The notes under the pieces were generated by a model that saw nothing but the letters and a program-made list of their open reading frames with translations, ran no database searches and was not told the DNA's origin. Positions 18,488 through 28,373 of a DNA stretch of 64,000 nucleotides are shown here, in pieces. Source of the stretch: Candidatus Multivoradales bacterium (GTDB lineage Bacteria > Acidobacteriota > Thermoanaerobaculia > Multivoradales > J023); NCBI GenBank assembly GCA_965248925.1, contig CBDFLE010000006.1, forward strand, positions 1,472,001 through 1,536,000, in the 5' to 3' direction. Numbering within the stretch: the stretch's first letter is position 1; each line of letters begins with the position of its first letter. A program made the position numbers and the translations under genes.

Positions 18488-19480
18488 TCAGCCGGCAGCG
18501 CCCACCACCATCGAACAATCCGCCGCTAACCATGGTTCGGGGTCCGAGAACTCGACTTCACCCGACCGCGCCGTCGAGAGTCGACTCGCCCTGCTCTCGA
18601 CAACCGACTCACCGCTCGTGGCCGCGACCTCGGCGCGGGTAAAGATGTCCAGAGCCAGGGCAACAACCTGGCGCCCGGCACGGCGAATCGAACCCAAATG
18701 CTCCGCGCCATCGATGATCGTGGAACTGCCACCGGCTAACTTCGCCAGCTGGCGAGTGTCCTCGGGGCGAACTCCGCGGTCTTCGCCACCGCTGACATAG
18801 GCCACTGCTTCGAGACCCAGGAATGGAGCGTGCGAGCGAGCATCGAGGTAGCGATAGGCACTGCCGAAAGCATGCTCAAAGAGCTTGTAGAACGGCCAAC
18901 CTCGAGGAGCCATGCGGTGTGACCATTCGAGCAGATGAGGAGGAACATCCTCGAACATCGCCCCCACGGCGAGGGGGGAACGTGACAAAGCGGCATGCGC
19001 CCAATAGCCACCAGCACTAACCCCCCACAGGTGCAGCGGCAAGTCACCGGCGTAGTCGCGCAGCCAAAGCAACCCATCGGCAATATCGCGGTCGAAAAAG
19101 CCGCGGACCGGAGAGCTGCTGCCAAAACCGCTCAAGTCAAAGCTCAGCACATGGTACCCGGCCTGGCGGAGGGCCTGAATCCGACCGCGGGTGTGAAAAT
19201 AGGCTTTGCCCCAGGGTCGCCATGGATGTACCAACAGCACCGCACCCCGAGGTGCCGACGCCGGGAACAGCCGCGCCGCCAGACCACCACCCCGGCCCCG
19301 GCGGGCGATCTGAAAATCACAGTAGGGCCCCAGATGTGGCGGCGCTGGAGACTGCTCCTGACAGCCTAGACGCGGCGAAAGGGCCAAGAAAAGCCGGTTG
19401 GCGACAGTCTCTATGCGCCGCGAAGGACGGCTGGGAGGCAATAGCTCGGAGTTTCCCAGAGGTTGGGCTCGATCACTCAT
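18488..19480 (-). CDS. Alpha/beta-hydrolase
   Basis: FDLSGFGSS, GVSAGG nucleophile elbow, distal D and H (GAEH); start at MSDRAQ after GGAGG. Confidence 0.8.
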   Translation of the reverse strand: MSDRAQPLGNSELLPPSRPSRRIETVANRLFLALSPRLGCQEQSPAPPHLGPYCDFQIARRGRGGGLAARLFPASAPRGAVLLVHPWRPWGKAYFHTRGRIQALRQAGYHVLSFDLSGFGSSSPVRGFFDRDIADGLLWLRDYAGDLPLHLWGVSAGGYWAHAALSRSPLAVGAMFEDVPPHLLEWSHRMAPRGWPFYKLFEHAFGSAYRYLDARSHAPFLGLEAVAYVSGGEDRGVRPEDTRQLAKLAGGSSTIIDGAEHLGSIRRAGRQVVALALDIFTRAEVAATSGESVVESRASRLSTARSGEVEFSDPEPWLAADCSMVVGAAG

Positions 19481-19644
19481 CTTGTGGCCTCCAAGGCCAG
19501 AGATCCTAGGGACCCGCCGGCAAACAGGCAGGATGCTTGGGACCCTCCACGGAGCACATGGTAGATAGCAGTCGACCAGCGACCGACAGAGACCCAAGAC
19601 ACAGCAAGAGGCGGGTCATGGCGGGTTCTGGGAAAGTGAACATC

Positions 19645-19659
19645 GCAACACGCATGCCA
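19645..19659 (-). promoter_or_regulatory. Possible sigma-54 promoter for the hydrolase gene
   Basis: Minus strand TGGCATGCGTGTTGC is close to the consensus TGGCAC-N5-TTGC. Confidence 0.45.
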
Positions 19660-19904
19660 AGTTTAGGTCTCACTCAGCTTCTTAGGGCGGTTAGACTAGA
19701 GTGAGGTAAACCCTTTGTACACAGCAAGTTAGCAATCAGTTATCAAAGCCAGACAAAAGGCCTCGCGAACCACCGCCTACCAAGAGGGCTTTTCGCCTTG
19801 AGCACAAGAATCGGTTGGCCCCGACCGCCAACGTAGTGGGCACAGCGGCCAACATTTCCTCTACCAAGCAGTAGATCTCGAATACGCAAATGCGCATACC
19901 ATCC

Positions 19905-19933
19905 TTGACAAGCCTCGCTGCCGGAACTACGCT
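19905..19933 (+). promoter_or_regulatory. Sigma-70 promoter of the leader-proBA unit
   Basis: TTGACA-N17-TACGCT. Confidence 0.75.
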
Positions 19934-19940
19934 GGAGACC

Positions 19941-20051
19941 ATGAACGGCCTCCTCCTCACCACCTCGCACCTTCGCCTGCCGCTGGATCGCGGTCGTCGC
20001 CGCCCCTGCCTCTGCCGCAGTCCACGATGCCCGAGGCCGGGAGGACCGTAG
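19941..20051 (+). CDS. Putative proBA leader peptide, 36 aa, MNGLLLTTSHLRLPLDRGRRRPCLCRSPRCPRPGGP
   Basis: Lies between the promoter and a terminator; 6 Pro and 8 Arg codons, mostly in the 3' part. Confidence 0.65.
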   Translation: MNGLLLTTSHLRLPLDRGRRRPCLCRSPRCPRPGGP

Positions 20052-20079
20052 ACGCGCCACATCTGCTAGCGTCGACCAG

Positions 20080-20115
20080 AACCCCCGGCCAGCTCCAAGC
20101 TGACGGGGGTTTTTT
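20080..20115 (+). terminator. Intrinsic terminator (attenuator) upstream of proB
   Basis: AACCCCCG-GC-CAGCT-CCA-AGCTG-A-CGGGGGTT followed by a T-tract, 35 nt before the proB ATG. Confidence 0.85.
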
Positions 20116-20150
20116 GCTTCTGCAATGTCCGAACACAGAAAGACCTCACC

Positions 20151-21356
20151 ATGCGCAACTCCCACACCAAGACCGCTATCGCCGCCGCCGGCACCGCTCC
20201 CCAACCGGCCCGGCCGGCAGTAGCGGCGGCGCAGAGGATCGTCATCAAGCTCGGCAGTCGGGTGTTGACCAACGACGACGGCAGCCTGGCGCAGCAACGT
20301 ATGCGCGCCGTGGTGGCAACCGCCGCCGCGCTGCGCCACAGCGGTCGCCAGGTGTTGTTGGTGAGCTCGGGAGCCGTGTCCCTGGGCCGCGCTGAGTTGG
20401 GACTCGATCGCCTGCCTCCCAATCGCGGTCTGCGGCAAGCCTGTGCTGCGGTCGGACAGACCCGCTTGACCACCTTCTACCAACGGGTCAGTAGCCCTTT
20501 CGGCCTCAGCTGCGGCCAGCTCCTGGTCAGCCACCGCGATCTCAACGACCGCCAGCGAGCGCTGAATCTGCGTCGCATCCTCGATGCCCTGCTGGACCAG
20601 GGAGTGCTGCCGGTGCTGAACGAGAACGATGCCTTGGGCGACGACAGCGAGCCCGAAGCCACCCCCGCCTTCACCGACAACGATCGCCTGGCGGCCTTGG
20701 TAGCCAGCGAGGTTGCGGCCGACCTGCTGCTGCTGTTGACCGATGTCGAGGGTCTCTACGATCGCAACCCCAAGACCGACTCCACGGCGCGACTGCTGAG
20801 CCGCATCGATGATCTCGACGCTCTGCCACAGGTCGATCCTGAGCCTGGATCGGCCCTCGGTCGGGGCGGCATGCAGAGCAAGGTCGAAGCAGCGCGACTC
20901 GCTTGCCTGGGCGGCTGCCAGACGGTAATCGCCAACGGCCTGCGGGCCGGTGGTCTGTCGCAAGCGGTGGCCGGTGATGAGATCGGCACCTGGTTAGCAG
21001 CCAGTGGCTGGCTGGGGGCGCGCAAGCGTTGGATCGGTCTGACCGCGCCGTCTCGCGGCGCCCTCTACCTGGACGCTGGCGCGGTCGAGGCGCTGTGCGC
21101 ACACAACGCTTCCTTGCTGAGCGCTGGGGTCGAGCGCATCACCGGCCGCTTTCGCAGTGGCGATGTGGTCGAGCTGCGCTCTGCCGATGATCAGCTGATC
21201 GGCCGCGCCTTGGTGCGGCTGAACTCGACCGCCGCTCGCCGCCGCTGTGCCACAAGCAATCGTGCCGTCAGCAGCGCTGCCGTCAGTAGCCGTGCCGCCA
21301 GCGGCGGTGATCCAACCCTAATTTCGCGCACCGATATCGTGCTTCCCCCCAGCTGA
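20151..21356 (+). CDS. proB: Glutamate 5-kinase with PUA domain
   Basis: IVIKLGS, VSSGAV, AAVGQ, NENDA, DNDRLAA and GGMQSK. Confidence 0.95.
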   Translation: MRNSHTKTAIAAAGTAPQPARPAVAAAQRIVIKLGSRVLTNDDGSLAQQRMRAVVATAAALRHSGRQVLLVSSGAVSLGRAELGLDRLPPNRGLRQACAAVGQTRLTTFYQRVSSPFGLSCGQLLVSHRDLNDRQRALNLRRILDALLDQGVLPVLNENDALGDDSEPEATPAFTDNDRLAALVASEVAADLLLLLTDVEGLYDRNPKTDSTARLLSRIDDLDALPQVDPEPGSALGRGGMQSKVEAARLACLGGCQTVIANGLRAGGLSQAVAGDEIGTWLAASGWLGARKRWIGLTAPSRGALYLDAGAVEALCAHNASLLSAGVERITGRFRSGDVVELRSADDQLIGRALVRLNSTAARRRCATSNRAVSSAAVSSRAASGGDPTLISRTDIVLPPS

Positions 21357-21370
21357 AGGAGTGCCCTGCA

Positions 21371-22660
21371 ATGAAACTGGATCTAGCGCCCCTTGCTCAC
21401 CAAGTCCGTCAAGCTCAGCGCCAGCTCGCCAGCGCTCCGGGCAGCCAACGTTCGCAACTCTTGTGGAATCTCGCCACCCTGCTCGAGGAGCGCCGAGAAG
21501 AACTGCTGGCGGCCAACCGTCTGGACCTTGAAGCCGCCCGCCGAGACGGCCTGGCCCCCCCCCTACTACGCCGACTGGAGCTAACCCCGGCAAAAATCGC
21601 GACTCTCTGCCAAGGCGCCCGCCAACTCGCCGAACAAGGCGATCCTCTGGGCCAGGTGCTGCGCCGCACCGAACTCGATGACGGCCTTGAACTCACCCAA
21701 GTGCGCAGTCCCATCGGCGTGCTCTTGATCATCTTCGAGAGCCGCCCGGACGTGGTCATTCAGATCGGTTCCCTGGCCCTGCGCAGCGGCAATGGCGTCT
21801 TGCTCAAAGGAGGTTCGGAAGCCACTCAATCGAACCGCCTACTGGCTCAATGCCTGGCCGATGTGCTGGCCAGTGAAGATCTGCCAGGGGCGGCCGTCAG
21901 CCTGGTCGAAGGACGCCAGGCGGTGCACCAGCTACTCGAACTTGACTCGCTGATCGATCTGGTGATTCCGCGCGGCTCTGGAGAGCTGGTGCGATCGATC
22001 CAAAACGCTACTCGCATCCCGGTTTTGGGTCACGCTGAAGGCATCTGCCACCTCTATGTCGACGTCGACGCCGATCCACGGATGGCGACACACTTGGCGG
22101 TGGACGGCAAATGTGGCTATCCGGCGGCCTGCAACGCCACCGAGACCCTGCTGGTGCACGAGGACTTCCTCCCCCGGCTGCCCGCGGTGGGCCGAGCCTT
22201 GCTCGAAGCCGGGGTCGTGCTGCGTGCCGACGCCCGTGCCCGTGCCCACCTGAGCGCCGTCGAGCCCGCCAGCAGCAACGACTGGCAGACCGAGTGGGGT
22301 GGGCTTACCCTGGGGATCAAGACCGTCGCCAACTTGGCCGCGGCGGTCGACCACATCCACCGCTACGGCAGCGCCCACACCGAATCGATCGTTACAGACA
22401 ACGCCGCCACGGCAGAGAGCTTTCTACGCCAAGTCGACGCCGCCTCAGTGTTTCACAACGCCAGCACCCGCTTTGCCGACGGCTATCGCTACGGCCTCGG
22501 CGCCGAGGTGGGTATCTCTACCGGTCGCATTCACGCTCGCGGACCGGTTGGCGCCGAGGGCCTGCTGACCACTCGCTGGCTGCTGCGCGGCAGCGGCCAA
22601 GCGGCGGCGGACTATGGCGCCGGCAAACGGGCCTTCAAGCACCGCGTCCTCCCCAACTGA
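21371..22660 (+). CDS. proA: Gamma-glutamyl phosphate reductase
   Basis: IFESRP, LKGGSEA, VIPRG, ACNATETLL, NASTRFADG and HARGPVG. Confidence 0.95.
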   Translation: MKLDLAPLAHQVRQAQRQLASAPGSQRSQLLWNLATLLEERREELLAANRLDLEAARRDGLAPPLLRRLELTPAKIATLCQGARQLAEQGDPLGQVLRRTELDDGLELTQVRSPIGVLLIIFESRPDVVIQIGSLALRSGNGVLLKGGSEATQSNRLLAQCLADVLASEDLPGAAVSLVEGRQAVHQLLELDSLIDLVIPRGSGELVRSIQNATRIPVLGHAEGICHLYVDVDADPRMATHLAVDGKCGYPAACNATETLLVHEDFLPRLPAVGRALLEAGVVLRADARARAHLSAVEPASSNDWQTEWGGLTLGIKTVANLAAAVDHIHRYGSAHTESIVTDNAATAESFLRQVDAASVFHNASTRFADGYRYGLGAEVGISTGRIHARGPVGAEGLLTTRWLLRGSGQAAADYGAGKRAFKHRVLPN

Positions 22661-22773
22661 GGCAGCGGTCTGGCAAGGGCAGAGGCCCATTGCTACCGCC
22701 AAGGCCGCGGTCCATCCCAAGTGGCCGACGTCGGCCCACTTGTCGCCGTAGGTAGCTGCAAGGAGGATGATCC

Positions 22774-24219
22774 TTGCGCGTCAGAAGTTCTGCTCTCACC
22801 TGGTCCCTCAGCGCCGTGCTCTGCTGGCTGGGCGGCTGCGCCCAGGAGACGGCCCAGTTGCAGCCCGTGGCGCTGCCAGCGATGGAACAGATCCACCCAG
22901 CGATCGCGAGCCAACTGCGTCGCTGGCACGCCGCACTGCCGACGGACGACTATCGGAGCAACCCCGCTCCCCAGGATGGAGCCTATGGCGAGTTCGGCCA
23001 ACGCCTGGCCGCCTATGGCTTTCTCGAAGCCGCCGCTAGCGCCTTTCTCAACGCCGCCGCCCTCGACCCGAGCGACGGCCGCTGGCCTCACTACCAGGGG
23101 ATTGTCAGTTTTGAGAGCGGCAATCTCGAAGCCGCCGCCAGCTACTTCCGGCGCTCCACCCACAGCAGTCCCGAAGACAGCTGGCGCTGGCTGCACCTGG
23201 GCAGCGTGCTGCTCGAACTTGATCAGTTAGCAGCCGCCGAAGTGGCCCTGCGGCGGGCCCTCCTGCTGGCTCCTGAAGATGCCGCCGCCCACGAACGCCT
23301 TGGGCGCCTGGCAAGCCGCCATGAAGACTCCGCGGAGGCGGTACGGCGCTTCACTCGCACTCTGGAATTGCAGCCAGAAGCCAGCGCCGTCCACTACGCC
23401 CTGGGCCGCGCCCTGCTGCACCAAGGTCAGGAGCAGCTGGCTCGCCAGCACCTTAAGCGGCGCGGAGAACGGGAGGTGCGGTGGGCTGATCCGCTGCTGG
23501 CAGAACTCGGCGACCTCATCCACCGCACTGTCTTCGAAGTCATCGCGGCACAGATCTCAGAACCCCAGGCGCGCTTCGATGCCGCCGCCACTCTCGATTT
23601 CGCGCTCGACCATCTGGCCGGGGTCAACGGCGCGGGAGCCAAAATCGCCGATTGGCTGGAGCGCGAGAAGAGCTACCTGGGAGACACTTTCCGTGGCCGC
23701 TTGCAGCTGGTGGTGGGCGCCCTGCAAGCCGCTCAGGGCAACGACACCCAAGCCTTGGTCCACCTCGAGCAAGCGGTTCAGCTACAACCTGAGCTAGTGG
23801 CCGCCAGACTTCGCCTGGCTCGGCTACTAGTACGCGCCGGCCACTCCGAGGCCGCTTTCGAGCACTACACTCACCTTATCCAGAGCGATCCCGAGCAGCG
23901 GGAAGCCCGCCTACAACGCGCCACCCTATGGGTTTGGGCCCGACGCTTCGACGAAGCGCTGTTCGACCTCGAATACGCTTCCAGCCGGCGACCGAAGGAC
24001 GCTGAGATCGTGGTCCGCTTGGCGGCAACCCACAGACTCGCCGGCGACCGTCGCGGGTACTTGCGCGAACGGCGGCGCCTCGACGATCTGCGACTCGACG
24101 CCACTGCCCGCCGCAACTGGTACTTGGCGCTGGCGAGCAGTCTCGAAGCCGGCGGCTGGTTGGAAGACGCCGCCGAAGTCCGCCATGCGGCCACTCCTCT
24201 CACCGCCAGCGCACCTTGA
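22774..24219 (+). CDS. TPR-repeat lipoprotein
   Basis: LGGC lipobox and multiple TPRs. Confidence 0.8.
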   Translation: MRVRSSALTWSLSAVLCWLGGCAQETAQLQPVALPAMEQIHPAIASQLRRWHAALPTDDYRSNPAPQDGAYGEFGQRLAAYGFLEAAASAFLNAAALDPSDGRWPHYQGIVSFESGNLEAAASYFRRSTHSSPEDSWRWLHLGSVLLELDQLAAAEVALRRALLLAPEDAAAHERLGRLASRHEDSAEAVRRFTRTLELQPEASAVHYALGRALLHQGQEQLARQHLKRRGEREVRWADPLLAELGDLIHRTVFEVIAAQISEPQARFDAAATLDFALDHLAGVNGAGAKIADWLEREKSYLGDTFRGRLQLVVGALQAAQGNDTQALVHLEQAVQLQPELVAARLRLARLLVRAGHSEAAFEHYTHLIQSDPEQREARLQRATLWVWARRFDEALFDLEYASSRRPKDAEIVVRLAATHRLAGDRRGYLRERRRLDDLRLDATARRNWYLALASSLEAGGWLEDAAEVRHAATPLTASAP

Positions 24220-24520
24220 CATCAAGCGGATCGCTCGGCGTTGGTCCACTTTTCTGAATTTTATCCAGCAAAGTTAATCTCCAGCGGCATCCGCGCCGCT
24301 AACAGTCCTCCAGCCTATCCCCTGGCCACCACCAGTCATCCCCCGGCCGACCCGTTCGACCCAGCTAGACGTGCGTTCCCGGCAGCCGAGAGGCAGCTCG
24401 TCACCGGCACGGCGATTCGATCCCACTATCACCGTTCTGGGAACAAGGCTTGCTATTAGAGATCGGTGACGCACCGCACCAAGGTGCTAGCCGAGGGGGG
24501 TTACGACACCAGGAGGACCC

Positions 24521-27448
24521 ATGACTAGTTTCCCGAAAAAGATACTCGCTATTCTCGTTCTAAGTCAGCTAATAGTGCTTTGCGCATTCGCCCAAGGCAA
24601 TCCTAGCGGCAAGGTCAGTGGCCGCATAACATCCGCTGGCGAGGCCATTCCAGGAGTCCGCATCTCGATCGAGTCCGACAGTCTGCTGCAACCGCGACAG
24701 GTCTTCAGCCAGGCCGGCGGTGATTACCTTGTCAACGCCCTACCGCCCGGCACCTACCGCCTGACCTTCCATCTCGAGGGGTTCGACCCGGCAACACGCC
24801 AAACAGCGGTATCGATTGCCCAGACTACCTATCTGGATGTCGATCTCGACGCTCCTGAGTTCGCCGACATTGTCGACGTGGTCGCAGACTCAACCAAGAT
24901 TTCAGAATCGGCCACTGCCTCCACCACCCTCACCCAAGACTTCATCGACAAGCTGCCGACCGGCCGCAGCATCAACTCCATCGTCACTCTGGCGCCGGGC
25001 ACGGCCAACACCGGACCGAGCAACAATCTGTCGATCTCGGGTGCACAGTCATTCGACAACCTTTACTTGATCAACGGCGTACCAGTGATGGAGAATCTGC
25101 GCGGCCAGGCTTCGACCCTGTTTATCGAAGACGCCATCGCGGAAACCACCGTGTCGTCCGCCGGCGTCTCCGCCGAGTACAGTCGCTTTACCGGCGGGGT
25201 CATCAACACGGTGACCAAGTCAGGTGGCAATCAGCTTTCGGGATCGCTGCGCAGCAGCATCACGAATGACGATTGGACCTCGGTGTCACCGTTCGGAGAG
25301 ACCCGACTCGACGACATCAATCAGCGCTACGAAGCCACCCTCGGCGGCCGCTTGATCAAAGATCGGATATGGTTCTTCGCTGCCGCTCGCAGTGTCGACA
25401 ACTCCGTCGGCGGCTCAACCTCTTTCAGTAACATACCGTTTGACACTTCGCAGGAGGAAAGCCGAATAGAAGGCAAACTGACGGCCTCGATCACCGCCAG
25501 CCATGAAGTGCAGCTGAGCGTATTGGAGATCGAGGACGACCGCACAGGAAACGTGCAGGGGGCGGCCCTCGATCTCGGCGCGGTCAACGACAACGTCAGC
25601 TTTCCGGAGGAGTCCTTCGCCGCTCACTACACCGGCATCCTGACCGACAAGTTGTTGATCGAGGCGCAGTATTCCGAACGCTCGTTACAGTTCAATGGCA
25701 TCGGCGGCCTCGACAGCAACTTGCTCACCGGCACTCCCTTCCGCGACGCATCACGGGGGGCGGCGGTCTACCACCAACCGCTCTTCTGTGGCAACTGCCC
25801 CAATCCGACCACTCGCGAGACGGAGCACGCTATCGTCAAGGGCTCACTCTTCCTACCGACAGAAAAGACCGGATCCCATGACCTGATCTTCGGCATAGAC
25901 ACCTTCAACGACATCATTTCCGGCGACAATGTTCAGTCAGCCACCAACTTCGCGATCTGGTCGAGCAATGTGATCATTCGCGGTAGCGATGTTTTCCCAG
26001 TGCTGATTCCCGGCGCCAACGCCTTCATCCTCTCCCGCCCGATTCTCGAATCGAGCCTCGGCACCGATTTTGTCTCCAACGGTCTCTATGTCAACGATAC
26101 CTGGCGCTACGACGATCGCTGGAGCTTCAATCTCGGTCTGCGCTTCGACCAGAACGATGGGGTTGATTCGGCAGGGAATGCGATTGCTGACGACAGCTAC
26201 ATCAGCCCCCGCCTCGGTGCGTCCTATGACTGGAAAGGCGACGGCTCGCTGCTGCTGCGGGCCACCACCGGCCGCTATGTCACGCGCCTGGCCAATGGCG
26301 TCGCCAATGGTGGCTCAGCGGCGGGCCGGCCGGCCTTCTTTGGTTGGAGCTACTTCGGGCCGGGGATCAATCTGGATCCCAACACTGCCGACCCGGTCAC
26401 CGCCGAGGAAGCCTTGACGATCATTTTCAATTGGTTCGATTCGATCGGCGGGGTGAACGCCTTCGCCGACCTCGGCACCAACATTCCGGGTGCTACCAGC
26501 CGCATCGATGGTTCCCTCGACTCACCCAACGTCGAGGAATTCACCCTCGGATTCACCCAGCGCCTGGGCAGCCGAGGCTTGGTGCGCGCCGACTACATCC
26601 GGCGAGAGTTTGGCAACTTCTACTTCCAGCGCACCGACACCAGCACCGGTACCATCGTCGATCCAAATGGGGTAACTCAGGACCTCACTCTGATCCAGAA
26701 CGACGACTCGGTCCTCGAGCGGGTTTATGACGGATTGCAGACCTCGTTCCGCTATCGCCTCAATTCGCGCTGGGACGTGGGTGGCAACTGGACCTGGTCC
26801 CACGCCCGCGGCAACTTCAACGGCGAAACGGTCCGTACCGGCCCGGTCTCCGGCACCGTCGGTCAGTACCCGGAATTCAAGGCTTTCGCGCAGAACAACC
26901 CGCGCCGCGACTTGAGCATTGATCGCCGTCACACGGCCCGTGCCTGGCTGCTCTTCGACGCTATCCAGACCGAGCACCACAGTCTCGACATCAGCTTGTT
27001 GCAGAGCTTCTTCTCCGGCACCCCTTACGGTGCCGCGGGGGGCGTTGATTCCTCACCTTTCGTCGATGATCCGGGGTACCAGTCGCCACCTGGCTCAAAT
27101 GGCGTGACCTATTGGTTCACCGCCCCGAATGCCTTCAAGACCGACGACATCAGCCGCACCGATCTGACCCTCAACTACAGCTTCGGCTGGACCCTGGGGG
27201 GTAAAGCACTAGAGATCTTCGTGCAGCCCGAGGTCATCAACGTATTCGATGCCGACGGGGTTACTGGGGTCAACACCTTCGTCCAAGACGCCACCTCCGC
27301 CGCCGGTTTCGAGGCCTTCAACCCCTTCACCGACACCCCGATCCAAGGCGTTCATTGGGACTTCGGATCGACCTTTGGCCAACCCACGAACTCCACTAGC
27401 TACCAAACGCCGCGGACCTTCCGGATGTCGGTCGGCCTGCGCTTCTAA
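24521..27448 (+). CDS. TonB-dependent receptor, Oar-like, with N-terminal carboxypeptidase-regulatory-like domain
   Basis: Signal peptide; LPPGTY, SAEY..FTGGVINTVTKSG, SPRLG; C-terminal PRTFRMSVGLRF. Confidence 0.92.
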   Translation: MTSFPKKILAILVLSQLIVLCAFAQGNPSGKVSGRITSAGEAIPGVRISIESDSLLQPRQVFSQAGGDYLVNALPPGTYRLTFHLEGFDPATRQTAVSIAQTTYLDVDLDAPEFADIVDVVADSTKISESATASTTLTQDFIDKLPTGRSINSIVTLAPGTANTGPSNNLSISGAQSFDNLYLINGVPVMENLRGQASTLFIEDAIAETTVSSAGVSAEYSRFTGGVINTVTKSGGNQLSGSLRSSITNDDWTSVSPFGETRLDDINQRYEATLGGRLIKDRIWFFAAARSVDNSVGGSTSFSNIPFDTSQEESRIEGKLTASITASHEVQLSVLEIEDDRTGNVQGAALDLGAVNDNVSFPEESFAAHYTGILTDKLLIEAQYSERSLQFNGIGGLDSNLLTGTPFRDASRGAAVYHQPLFCGNCPNPTTRETEHAIVKGSLFLPTEKTGSHDLIFGIDTFNDIISGDNVQSATNFAIWSSNVIIRGSDVFPVLIPGANAFILSRPILESSLGTDFVSNGLYVNDTWRYDDRWSFNLGLRFDQNDGVDSAGNAIADDSYISPRLGASYDWKGDGSLLLRATTGRYVTRLANGVANGGSAAGRPAFFGWSYFGPGINLDPNTADPVTAEEALTIIFNWFDSIGGVNAFADLGTNIPGATSRIDGSLDSPNVEEFTLGFTQRLGSRGLVRADYIRREFGNFYFQRTDTSTGTIVDPNGVTQDLTLIQNDDSVLERVYDGLQTSFRYRLNSRWDVGGNWTWSHARGNFNGETVRTGPVSGTVGQYPEFKAFAQNNPRRDLSIDRRHTARAWLLFDAIQTEHHSLDISLLQSFFSGTPYGAAGGVDSSPFVDDPGYQSPPGSNGVTYWFTAPNAFKTDDISRTDLTLNYSFGWTLGGKALEIFVQPEVINVFDADGVTGVNTFVQDATSAAGFEAFNPFTDTPIQGVHWDFGSTFGQPTNSTSYQTPRTFRMSVGLRF

Positions 27449-27540
27449 CTCACCCCCAGCGGCCCCGGACCTCGACTCTCCCGGGCCGCTCCTTCCCCCC
27501 GGCTTTGCCGGATTTCGCCCTTCTTCTTCTCTTCCATCAA

Positions 27541-27569
27541 GGCGGCCAACGGGCCGCCATTTTTCTTTT
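27541..27569 (+). terminator. Intrinsic terminator after the TonB-dependent receptor gene
   Basis: GGCGGCC-AACG-GGCCGCC followed by ATTTTTCTTTT. Confidence 0.7.
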
Positions 27570-27643
27570 GCTCGAGAGCCTGGCTGCACATGAGGTCAGA
27601 AACCCGCTAAGATAGACATCTAGATAGCCACCTGGAGAGCCTT

Positions 27644-27919
27644 ATGTCCAAGCAATACTCGATAGCCACTGCCCGCAACAACCTGCCCGCACTGGTTCAC
27701 GCGGTGGAAAACGGACCGCCGCTAGAACTGACCCGCCGTGGAAGACCGGTCGCGGTGCTGCTGTCCTGCTCCGATTACGAGAAGCTGAAGCGCGGCAAGT
27801 CAGATTTGTGGGAAGCCATTGAAGATTTTCGCCGTAGCGCGGATCTAGCCCTCCTCGACATCGACCAGGCCTACGCCGGGGTGCGTGATCCAGCACCGGG
27901 CCGTGAACCCGAGCTATAA
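27644..27919 (+). CDS. Phd/YefM-family antitoxin
   Basis: SIATARNNLPALV...LTRRGRPVAVLLS. Confidence 0.9.
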   Translation: MSKQYSIATARNNLPALVHAVENGPPLELTRRGRPVAVLLSCSDYEKLKRGKSDLWEAIEDFRRSADLALLDIDQAYAGVRDPAPGREPEL

Positions 27920-27921
27920 CG

Positions 27922-28356
27922 GTGCGCTACCTGCTCGACACCAACGTGCTGTCCGAGCCGGCAAAGCCCGAGCCAAATGTGGCGCTCATGCAGCGGCTTG
28001 CACGCCACCGCAACGAAGTCTGCACCGCCACGTTGGTGTGGCACGAGCTGCTCTACGGCTGCCACCGCTTGCCACCCTCGAAGCGACGCGAGCAGCTCAG
28101 CGCCTATCTGCACGACTGGCTCGAGCCCTCGCTGGTTGTCTTACCGTACGACACTCCCGCCGCCGAGTGGCATGCAGAGCAGCGGGCGCGCTTGAGCCGG
28201 ATTGGCAAGACCCCGGCTTTCATCGACGGTCAGATAGCGGCCGTAGCACGGGTTCATGACCTCGTTGTGGTGACTAGCAACGTGTCCGACTTTCGGGATT
28301 TTAGCGGGCTCGCGGTAGAAGACTGGCGCCAGCAAAGTCGCGGAGCAACCTGCTGA
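27922..28356 (+). CDS. vapC: PIN-domain toxin (FitB/VapC type)
   Basis: YLLDTNVLSE, DGQIAAVA and VTSNVSDF. Confidence 0.9.
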   Translation: MRYLLDTNVLSEPAKPEPNVALMQRLARHRNEVCTATLVWHELLYGCHRLPPSKRREQLSAYLHDWLEPSLVVLPYDTPAAEWHAEQRARLSRIGKTPAFIDGQIAAVARVHDLVVVTSNVSDFRDFSGLAVEDWRQQSRGATC

Positions 28357-28373
28357 CCCGAGCTTGATCGTCG

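Noticed and set aside
20000-20115. T-box riboswitch upstream of proB
   Set aside because: No T-box sequence (AAGGGTGGNACC-like) and too short for stem I; a leader-peptide model fits better.
21261-21305. 15-bp tandem repeats in the proB 3' end (similar ones at 50690-50749 in the VWA gene)
   Set aside because: In-frame, degenerate slippage duplications in linker regions with no sign of function.
24440-24453. GG-N10-GC sigma-54-like site before the TonB-dependent receptor gene
   Set aside because: Weak match at the -24 element; could occur by chance.
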